From Kiritimatiellia bacterium (GTDB lineage Bacteria > Verrucomicrobiota > Kiritimatiellia > RFP12 > UBA1067): a DNA stretch of 64,000 nucleotides. The DNA lies in the NCBI GenBank assembly GCA_017525225.1, contig JAFXTB010000048.1, positions 8,799 through 72,798 on the forward strand, read 5' to 3'. The translations under genes and the position numbers were made by a program. Numbering within the stretch: the first letter of the stretch is position 1; every line of letters starts with the position of its first letter. Shown here in pieces: positions 37,714 to 45,160 of this stretch. The notes beneath the pieces are model-generated. The model was not told where the DNA came from and searched no databases. It worked only from the letters and a program-made list of their open reading frames with translations.

Positions 37714-40700
37714 ATGAAGACGATACGGACTCTTGAGGCGTCAAGGGGAGTGAAGGGTTTTGCAATGCTGGCCCTTCTTGCATCAATTTCGCTTCCCGGC
37801 GCGTTGCATGGCGCCAACTACACCTACACCTGGACCTGGACCGGCAATGGCGACGGCATTACCTGGTCGGACGGCGGCAACTGGACATGTTCCCCGTCCG
37901 GAGCGGCGTACGAATACCCGTCCACGGTGGAGGACTTTGTCAAGTTCAACTCGAAAGTCGGCGGCGGACTCGTGGTGACGTCTCGTCTGGATGAAGCCGT
38001 GACGATATATGGAATCCTGCAGAGCGGTTCCGACCCGTTGCTGCTTACCACGACCAACGATTCGCAATTGACGTTCAGCATACATTCCGGGGGCGATGTC
38101 GAGTCGATGTACGACGGTGTGTGCGTCGATCAAGGCTCGACGCTCTACCTGGACGTCCCCATCGTGATGGATAGACGTTTCGACAAATGGGGTGGTGGTA
38201 CGGTCTACTGGCAGAGGAGCTTCGTGAACGGAGTCAATACCTCGTCGGCGAGGTACAACTTTATAGGAGGTGCCGGGACGAACTTCCTCGTCGGAAACTT
38301 CTCTTTGACGGGGGGAAGCAAGATGGATTCCAACTTCGGGTTTGGCGCCGACGTCGGGAAATGGACGTATTTGTACGTGCAGGACAACGCATCGCTGGAA
38401 TGCTACAGACTGAAGCTGGGCACGAGCCGTTCGGCACCCAACATATTGTTCAGGCAGGATGGCGACGGTACCAGGGTCGTGGCAAGCGACTTTCTTGGAA
38501 TAGGCAATTTCACGGATGGAAATCACAATGACTGGAGTACGTCCGTATACCACATGGTGCGGGGGACTCTTTCGGCATCGTACATGAACCTCGCGCCAGG
38601 GCGACCGGGACGCTACGTACAGGATGGCGGTACGGCCACGGTGTCATACGTCTCGTGTGGCGCGGAAGTAAGATCGTATGGATCGTTCGAGTTGAATGGC
38701 GGGCGGTTCGTAGACACCTCGGGCGACTCTTCCGCAGACATGTTCTGCTCCATTTCGTCCCCCAGATTCGACGTGTCTCTTACAGGCGGCACGCTGGCAT
38801 TCACGGGCGAGCCTGTGATCAGGCGGCGCCTCCGCCTTTCAGGTTCGCCTTCGATAGAGATGGCATCGGGCAAGGCGGTGCAATTCCGCGCGGCGCCCGA
38901 CATCGCCGCCGGAACATCGCTGACGAAGACTGGTCCGGGAACGATGAGGATCATGACGGATTTCCCGGCGGTCGGGTCGTTAACGGTGGAGGAAGGGGCT
39001 GTCTATCTGGGCTATAGCAACGCCTCGCAGCGGTACGGGGTCTATGGCGCGTACGACGACTATACGCCGTGGCATGTCAAGATCAAGAATGGCGGCTTGC
39101 TCGGCTGGCATGAAGCGACGACCTCGATCACCTCGTACTTCTACCAGCCGATGGATCTCGATATCGATGACGGTGGATGCTTCAGCTTCTACTCCCACCG
39201 TACCGCGGCGTTCGCGCATTCTCTCACTGCGAACGGCGTCAAGGTGGCTCGCGGCGTGTATCGCGCCACCAAGACCGGTCACATCAGATGTTCTGGAACC
39301 GAGAATATCGCCCACATGATAGTGCCCTACACCTGGACTGGTGGTGGCGACGGGGTGTCGTGGACCGATACGGCGAACTGGGAGGACGGAGCCGTGCCTC
39401 CGAACGTCAGTGCATCAGACTTTAATGTGCCATACGCCGACCTCTCCCGCGCCACCAACATCACATTCACCTCCAACATCACCATCGGCGGCATCCTCTA
39501 TTCGCCAAACGGCGCCAACAAGAGGCTCGTCATCTCCAGCGACACGGCGACCTTGAAGCTGGCCCCTCCAAACTACCAGATTTCCTGCCAGATACGCCCT
39601 GATGCTACGCTTGAATTCGACTGCAAGGTCGCGCGTTACAAGACGTGCGGACTTGTCGGCAACGGCACGTACGTCTTCCGCCGGAACATCCCTGGGGCGT
39701 TCCTGAAAAAGACCGGATTCGACAATGACTTCATGCTGTCCCTCGTGGTCGACGGCACGTTGATCCTCCGTGGCGTGAAGGAGTGTATTCCTGAAAGCTC
39801 GAACCACACCACGGCGCTCGGATTCCACTCAAACCAGTCGGGAAGCGAATCGACGATCGTCTTCGAGGGTGAAGATACCGACTTCGCCCTGAACTACCTG
39901 TTTTTCTCCAGGGGCGGGTACACGGGCATGAACCGCTACATCCAGCGCGACGGGGCGAAGCTCACGGTGACGAACTTCTGCGTGAACACGCATCGTACCG
40001 AGCAGGAACCGAAGCGGTACTACCTGCAGGGCGGCACGCTTACATGCGTGGAAGGGCTGTTCCTCAACACGAACCTGAGCTCCACGGTCTCTTCCTGCAA
40101 CCGCGTGCCGGGCGGCAGCTTCGAAATGACGGGCGGCACGCTCACGACCCCGCAGATCGGGAGCGAGTGCCTGCAGAACTGGTGCTATCTCAACGGCGGC
40201 GACGCATACGTGGGAGCTGGCGGCATATCGCGGACGTGCTGCACGAACGGCTATGGCGGGATGGACAAGCAGTACCAGAGCCAGAGTGCCTACAATCTGA
40301 AGACCGGCGAGATCCTCTACAACACCACGCCGTCGCTACAGCTGGGCGGGGTGAACCTGCATGCCTCGGCCGACTTCTCTGTTACGCTGGACACCGCCTT
40401 CAGCGGCGTGGGCGGAGCGACTACGATCGATACCGCCGGGCACGACATAACGTTCGAGGGCTGCGTACTTGCCGGGACCGGCGGCTGGCGCAAGATCGGA
40501 GAAGGAACCCTTTACCTCAACGGCACGAACAGCTTCACGGGCGCGATGTCCGTGGAGGCGGGCACGGTCGTCGTAGGGGCGGAGGCCGTGAACGAATCCG
40601 CTCCGGCGAGGCTTGAACTTGCCTCCGCCTCTTCCCTCTCGCTTCCCGCGGGAGCGGCGTGGACGGTCGAGACGCTGATCGTGGGCGGGGTCCGCAAGGC

Positions 40701-42060
40701 CGCCGGCGAGAGCGTTACGGTTGGCGAAGGCACGGTGACGGTGGTGCAGCCTGCCGCACTCGCCGCAGGCCGCTGGATCGGCCCTGCCGCAGGCGGCGAC
40801 TGGTTTGCGCCGGCCAACTGGTCCGACGGCGTCGTCCCCAATGCGGAACGCGTCACGGTGGATCTTGTCAATACATCCCTGGCCGACGGCGCGCAGCTGT
40901 CGATAGGCTCCGATCTGATCCTTGGCGGAATGTCGGTGGAGATGCCCGGCACGGTGACTCTTTCCGCCGCAGGCGATGTGCGGCTGGTCCTTACCAATGC
41001 AACCCTGAATGTCTCGCCGGAGACGACCCTCGTCATAGACATCCCGGTGGTCGTAGGCAAGTCGCCATCCACCGTCTCTGGCGGCAAGACTGTCATACAG
41101 ACGAAGCCGCTCGTCCTTACCGGCGGCGGGAAGGTGGTGTTCGCGCGCGATGTCGTCAACCAGGACGGCACCTTCAATCTCAACGGCTACCACCATCTGA
41201 AAACGGCTGTCGGCATGCAGGTGGAGTTCCGCGGCTTGCTATGGGGCGTTATGCTCCAGGCATCTTCGTCGCAATGGCAGACGGACTGCACCGAACTCAC
41301 GGCGGCGGATGGCTCAATGATCAATCTGGCGGCAACGCCCATAACCTCCGGTTTCGTCAAGCTGACTCAGTCGGGCGGAACCGTCACGTTCACGAACTCG
41401 GTGATATTGGTGGAGAAAGAGAATACCCGCTACGACCATGTGCTGAATTCCGGCGAACTTCTGCTTCCGAACGGCAATACGCTGGATGGAGGATTTGGCA
41501 ATTGCGCGAAGCTGGAGCTAAACGGCGGCACGGTGAAGACGTCTGGCTACGGGATTTCCTTTGGATATGGACTGCCTACATGGCTTGGCGGGGCGGTTGC
41601 GTTCGCGCAGTCGGATGCGGAGACGGATTCGACGTTCGCCTGTCCGTTCCAGGGTGAAGGAAGCGTGACGCAGCAGGGTCCGGGACGCATCACCTTCACA
41701 GGGGGGATGCCGAACGCCGGTGCGTTTGCCGTCCAGGGCGGAACGCTTGCGCTTAAGTGTCTGGCTGCTCCGACGAACCTTGTCGTCGGGGCGGGCGTGC
41801 TTGCGATAGACGAGGTGGCGGCGGCAGGAATGTCCTCCGGCGCCGCATCGCTGCACATAACCCGCAAGAGCACGCTTGAACTGGATTTCGATGGAGAGCT
41901 TGTGGTGCGGGAACTCTTCCTCAACGGAGTCCACAGGTCTGCCGGCCTCTACGACGACGGAACGCTCTACGACACCACCATCGCGCCGAACATCCGTGGA
42001 AGGGGCGTGCTGCGCGTGCTGGAAGGCTTCGGCCCCGGCCTGCAGCTGTTTGTGAGGTGA
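37714..42060 (+). CDS. giant secreted PATR-type (autotransporter-associated beta-strand repeat) surface protein, 1448 aa (giant 1)
   Basis: Signal peptide. N-terminal YTYTWTWTGNGDGITWSDGGNWTC and internal IVPYTWTGGGDGVSWTDTANWEDGAVPPN repeats. Long Gly/Thr/Asn-rich beta-helix-like sequence. C-terminal tail GVLRVLEGFGPGLQLFVR. Confidence 0.75.
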   Translation: MKTIRTLEASRGVKGFAMLALLASISLPGALHGANYTYTWTWTGNGDGITWSDGGNWTCSPSGAAYEYPSTVEDFVKFNSKVGGGLVVTSRLDEAVTIYGILQSGSDPLLLTTTNDSQLTFSIHSGGDVESMYDGVCVDQGSTLYLDVPIVMDRRFDKWGGGTVYWQRSFVNGVNTSSARYNFIGGAGTNFLVGNFSLTGGSKMDSNFGFGADVGKWTYLYVQDNASLECYRLKLGTSRSAPNILFRQDGDGTRVVASDFLGIGNFTDGNHNDWSTSVYHMVRGTLSASYMNLAPGRPGRYVQDGGTATVSYVSCGAEVRSYGSFELNGGRFVDTSGDSSADMFCSISSPRFDVSLTGGTLAFTGEPVIRRRLRLSGSPSIEMASGKAVQFRAAPDIAAGTSLTKTGPGTMRIMTDFPAVGSLTVEEGAVYLGYSNASQRYGVYGAYDDYTPWHVKIKNGGLLGWHEATTSITSYFYQPMDLDIDDGGCFSFYSHRTAAFAHSLTANGVKVARGVYRATKTGHIRCSGTENIAHMIVPYTWTGGGDGVSWTDTANWEDGAVPPNVSASDFNVPYADLSRATNITFTSNITIGGILYSPNGANKRLVISSDTATLKLAPPNYQISCQIRPDATLEFDCKVARYKTCGLVGNGTYVFRRNIPGAFLKKTGFDNDFMLSLVVDGTLILRGVKECIPESSNHTTALGFHSNQSGSESTIVFEGEDTDFALNYLFFSRGGYTGMNRYIQRDGAKLTVTNFCVNTHRTEQEPKRYYLQGGTLTCVEGLFLNTNLSSTVSSCNRVPGGSFEMTGGTLTTPQIGSECLQNWCYLNGGDAYVGAGGISRTCCTNGYGGMDKQYQSQSAYNLKTGEILYNTTPSLQLGGVNLHASADFSVTLDTAFSGVGGATTIDTAGHDITFEGCVLAGTGGWRKIGEGTLYLNGTNSFTGAMSVEAGTVVVGAEAVNESAPARLELASASSLSLPAGAAWTVETLIVGGVRKAAGESVTVGEGTVTVVQPAALAAGRWIGPAAGGDWFAPANWSDGVVPNAERVTVDLVNTSLADGAQLSIGSDLILGGMSVEMPGTVTLSAAGDVRLVLTNATLNVSPETTLVIDIPVVVGKSPSTVSGGKTVIQTKPLVLTGGGKVVFARDVVNQDGTFNLNGYHHLKTAVGMQVEFRGLLWGVMLQASSSQWQTDCTELTAADGSMINLAATPITSGFVKLTQSGGTVTFTNSVILVEKENTRYDHVLNSGELLLPNGNTLDGGFGNCAKLELNGGTVKTSGYGISFGYGLPTWLGGAVAFAQSDAETDSTFACPFQGEGSVTQQGPGRITFTGGMPNAGAFAVQGGTLALKCLAAPTNLVVGAGVLAIDEVAAAGMSSGAASLHITRKSTLELDFDGELVVRELFLNGVHRSAGLYDDGTLYDTTIAPNIRGRGVLRVLEGFGPGLQLFVR

Positions 42061-42108
42061 GGTTGAAAAGTAGAAAGGTTGAAAGGTTGAAAAGTTGAAA
42101 GGTTGAAA
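42061..42108 (+). repeat. 6 tandem copies of GGTTGAAA(A) immediately after the giant-1 stop
   Basis: ggttgaaaag tagaaa ggttgaaa ggttgaaaa gttgaaa ggttgaaa read directly. Confidence 0.8.
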
Positions 42109-42174
42109 TTCCGCCGTCCGCGCTGGCGCTGGAATGTAAATGAGGATAAGTTTAATGAGGCAGTCGCAAAACCC

Positions 42175-42247
42175 GGTAGGGCGGTCGCCCCGCGACCGCC
42201 GCGGGCGGCGCGGGGCGCCGTCCCTACCATGTGTGCGCGGGGTTTTT
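42175..42247 (+). terminator. GC-rich imperfect long inverted repeat (GGTAGGG...CCCTACC, about 54 nt) followed by CGCGGGG-TTTTT: candidate rho-independent terminator of giant 1
   Basis: Arms 42175-42181 / 42222-42228 with extensive internal complementarity. T5 at 42243-42247. Confidence 0.5.
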
Positions 42248-42248
42248 G

Positions 42249-42340
42249 CAATTGCCTCAATTGTTCACAAGTTTCCAATCTCAATTTGTATTTGTGACAA
42301 TGGTGGCATTTGTGAACAATTGAGATTTGTGAACATTCAA
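42249..42340 (+). promoter_or_regulatory. AT-rich island with iterated ATTTGTGA(A)CAA motifs (3 direct, 1 inverted) and three CAATTG palindromes: candidate multi-site regulator-binding region or promoter for 42388
   Basis: TTGTTCACAA 42261-42270 (inverted). TTTGTGACAA 42291-42300, TTGTGAACAA 42310-42319, TTGTGAACAT 42327-42336 (direct, 17-19 nt apart). Confidence 0.4.
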
Positions 42341-42387
42341 GTTACAGGCAAGGTTGAAAAGTCAAACGAGAACAAGATGGAGCAGAG

Positions 42388-43851
42388 ATGAAACTTGAAG
42401 CAATGGTTGCAAGTGTGGTGACCATATCCTTTGCCGCCGCACCCGACCCAATCGAGAATGCGAGCGCCGGCGTGTTCTCGCCCGATGGCCGGTATCTGGC
42501 GTTCGAGAGGCAGGACGGCTGGGACAGGCATCTGGGCGTAATGGACCTAGAGTCGCGAAAGGTGGAATGGGTGGAGAACGGCCCTGGTCTCGCGGGGCTT
42601 GCAAGCTGGGGGAGTGATGGATCGCTTGTCTATACCGCAGGGAATGTGACGAACACCGCGTTCGCGGGCGAGCGGCTGAAGTCCGAGGACGGCTTCGGCA
42701 TCCGCATCTGGCGGCGCGGAAAGGGCGTGCGCGAATTCACGAAAGGCCGCCGCCGCGATGCCACGCCATCCTTTTCGCCCGACATGAAGACCCTGTACTG
42801 GGTTTCCCCGGAAGGCAACACGCAGCATCGGCTCGCGCAGATATACATGTGGTCTGCCCCGGTGGACGCGCCGGAGCGACGCAGGCGCATCCTGACCCAG
42901 CAGATGCACTACATCGACGCCAGCGCGAACCAGCCGCAGGTGTCGCCGGATGGAAGGCTGCTCGCCTGGGCGCATCTCGACAGCATCCGCGACCGCTGGG
43001 GCATCAGGGCGGCGGCGATAGGCGATCCGAACCACAACGTGCCGATCACGGAGCCGGAGGCATCCGCATTCGAGCCTCGATGGAGCGCGGACGGCCGCTA
43101 TCTCGTATACACGGCGTTCAAGGACGGCGATCCCACATGGTGCTGCTACATCCAGGAACTGTCCTCCGGCGCGACCCGCAACCTGGGTCCCGGGCGCGAA
43201 CCCTGCCTTTCACCGGACATGCGCACTCTGGTGCGCACGCTTGACGGCAGGCTCGTTTTCACCCCGCTTTGCGCGAACGACCTGCCGCACGGGCCGAAAG
43301 TCGGTGCGGACCACCCGTCGCACGAGGCTGAGAAGGTGTTCTTCTCCGAGCGTCCGGTCGCAAGACGCCATTTCAGCGCAAAGGCCACCAGTGGCTTCGT
43401 TCTCGGCGCAGGGCGCACGTTCTTCGTCCGGACCAGGATCAGATGGACCGGCAAGCCGTTCAGCGGCGATGCGACCGTCATATCCGCCAAGTACGACGAG
43501 TGCTCCCAGGTCGCATTCCGCCTGGTGATGCAGGATTCTGTGCCGAACTTCTGGTGGCTCAACCGCGACAGGCAGGCCGTCCGCGTGCCGATGCCTGGAC
43601 CGCTGGAACCGGGCGAGCACGAGATCACCGCGGTACGCACCGCCACCGTCGTGTATCTGTCGGTCGACGGCTCCGAACCTATTCTGCAGCAGATGCGCGA
43701 AGGCCATCTGCCGCTCGACCATCCCCGGGGGATGGGGACGGGATCTATCTTCGAGCGCGACGACGACAAGCGTGTGCTCTCCATCGAGGTGGGTACAGGC
43801 TGGCCGGTCAACGTTCCGAAACCTGCAACCAGAAGGGATCTGCTGTCATGA
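42388..43851 (+). CDS. PD40/TolB-like beta-propeller protein (cassette copy 3, more divergent)
   Basis: VFSPDGRYLAFERQDG, SPDMKTLYW, VSPDGRLLAW, WSADGRYLVYTA. C-terminal GTGWPVNVPKP block shared with copies 1 and 2. GGAG SD. Confidence 0.65.
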   Translation: MKLEAMVASVVTISFAAAPDPIENASAGVFSPDGRYLAFERQDGWDRHLGVMDLESRKVEWVENGPGLAGLASWGSDGSLVYTAGNVTNTAFAGERLKSEDGFGIRIWRRGKGVREFTKGRRRDATPSFSPDMKTLYWVSPEGNTQHRLAQIYMWSAPVDAPERRRRILTQQMHYIDASANQPQVSPDGRLLAWAHLDSIRDRWGIRAAAIGDPNHNVPITEPEASAFEPRWSADGRYLVYTAFKDGDPTWCCYIQELSSGATRNLGPGREPCLSPDMRTLVRTLDGRLVFTPLCANDLPHGPKVGADHPSHEAEKVFFSERPVARRHFSAKATSGFVLGAGRTFFVRTRIRWTGKPFSGDATVISAKYDECSQVAFRLVMQDSVPNFWWLNRDRQAVRVPMPGPLEPGEHEITAVRTATVVYLSVDGSEPILQQMREGHLPLDHPRGMGTGSIFERDDDKRVLSIEVGTGWPVNVPKPATRRDLLS

Positions 43852-45071
43852 TGCGACATGAATGCACGCTGCTTTGCGCACTCGCGCTGGCACTGGCAAC
43901 GGCCGATGGCAGGGCCGCCTCGCCGAGGTGCCCGCATGAAGCCACGCCCCGCTTCGAGAAGATCGCGCTCATCGACAGCTACGACTTCGTCAGGTATTTC
44001 GACTGCGAGACGAAGACCGGCACCGTGCAGGTGGTGGAGAACGTCGCCGGGCAGGTAGGCGCGACGCATCTTCTCTGGCGTCACCAGACAGGGGGCATCC
44101 CGCGCTATCCTTCGGCGGAGGAATCGAGCGTTATCCATCGGATGCCATTCGAGAAGCGGGTCGTGGAGGTAAACAACATCCACGGATGGAGCGATCTCGC
44201 CAAGGGCGAGACGAACCTGCTGGCGTACGCGATCGAGCAGATAGCCGCGCACGGATTCGTGGCGGGGATACATCATACATGGGAGGAGAACCACTTCCAG
44301 AGCCGCACATGCAGCCAGTGGAACCTGGACCATCCCGAATACTCCACCAGGTCGCTGCACGGCATAGCAAGGCCGGGCTACACGAGCTCGCTTGCATACG
44401 AGGAGGTGCTGGCGCACAAGCTCCGCCGCTTCGATGAGGTGCTTTCCACCGGACCTTCCATGATCTACATCGACATGTGGCGGCAGGGCGGATGGTACGC
44501 GAGGCTGGAATACGTTAAGCCGATGTGCGACCGCTGGCGCAGCCGCTACGGCTGCGAACCGCCCGAGGATGCGTCCGACGAAAGATGGCTCGCGCTCGTG
44601 GCGGAATGCAACCATCGCTACATCAGGGCGATGCGCGCGCGCATGGACGCGACCGGCCGCCCGATGCAGCTAGTGCTCGGGATCCCGTACTGCGACCTCG
44701 AAGACAAGGAGCTATGGCGGCGCTATGCAGTGGACTGGAAGGCGCTTGCGGCCGACGGCACCGTGGATGCCATCTCGGTGATGAGCGTCAGGCCGGACGA
44801 GAAGCGCATCTGGGATTCCACCCGGGAGATATACGAATACGTCTACCGCAACCGAGGCAGGGCCAAGGTCTACTTCCCGGTGTCGCAGTACAACTTCACC
44901 TTCGGCATCCCCTCGTACTGCAAGGCGACAGGCCTCAAGGGCGAAGAGGTCGCCGCAAGGCTTCTCGATCTCGCCGCATCGTGCGGCGGGGCCGGCGTGA
45001 CGTTTGAATGCGTGGACATGTACAACTATACCGATGCCATGCGCGAAGTCATAAGGAGGTTCCACAGATGA
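43848..45071 (+). CDS. putative glycoside-hydrolase-like secreted protein (cassette copy 3 partner)
   Basis: ATGA overlap. Paralog of 33611 and 36299 (IALIDSYDFVRYFDCETKTGTVQ, GETNLLAYA, YIDMWRQGGW, TFECVDMYNY). Confidence 0.55.
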   Translation: MMRHECTLLCALALALATADGRAASPRCPHEATPRFEKIALIDSYDFVRYFDCETKTGTVQVVENVAGQVGATHLLWRHQTGGIPRYPSAEESSVIHRMPFEKRVVEVNNIHGWSDLAKGETNLLAYAIEQIAAHGFVAGIHHTWEENHFQSRTCSQWNLDHPEYSTRSLHGIARPGYTSSLAYEEVLAHKLRRFDEVLSTGPSMIYIDMWRQGGWYARLEYVKPMCDRWRSRYGCEPPEDASDERWLALVAECNHRYIRAMRARMDATGRPMQLVLGIPYCDLEDKELWRRYAVDWKALAADGTVDAISVMSVRPDEKRIWDSTREIYEYVYRNRGRAKVYFPVSQYNFTFGIPSYCKATGLKGEEVAARLLDLAASCGGAGVTFECVDMYNYTDAMREVIRRFHR

Positions 45072-45100
45072 AGAGGGCCTCGTTGTCATAGGCCTTGGAA

Positions 45101-45127
45101 TTGACAGGGGGAAAGAAATCGTATAAT
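45101..45127 (+). promoter_or_regulatory. sigma70-like promoter TTGACA-15-TATAAT upstream of giant gene 2
   Basis: TTGACA 45101-45106, TATAAT 45122-45127. ATG 45161. Confidence 0.4.
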
Positions 45128-45160
45128 ATACGCATAACAACCCAAGAAAGGTAGAAATCC

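Noticed and set aside
26312-37786. Long minus-strand ORFs over PNP, pyrC, M14, SGNH, NAL, PD40 and GH-like genes (26312..27547, 27609..28775, 28950..30191, 30598..32376, 32553..33722, 33662..35005, 34557..36317, 36314..37786)
   Set aside because: Every one is Arg/Gly/Ala-rich without motifs and mirrors a + strand gene with recognisable family signatures, RBSs and ATGA couplings.
42100-42240. tRNA or other structured ncRNA in the 330-nt spacer after giant 1
   Set aside because: No cloverleaf-compatible sequence (no GTTC/T-loop or anticodon-stem pattern). The GC-rich palindrome is better explained as a terminator hairpin.
42249-42340. CRP-type binding site (TGTGA-N6-TCACA)
   Set aside because: TGTGA and TCACA half-sites are present, but none are arranged with the 6-nt spacing of a canonical CRP site. 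The region is described only as an iterated-motif element.
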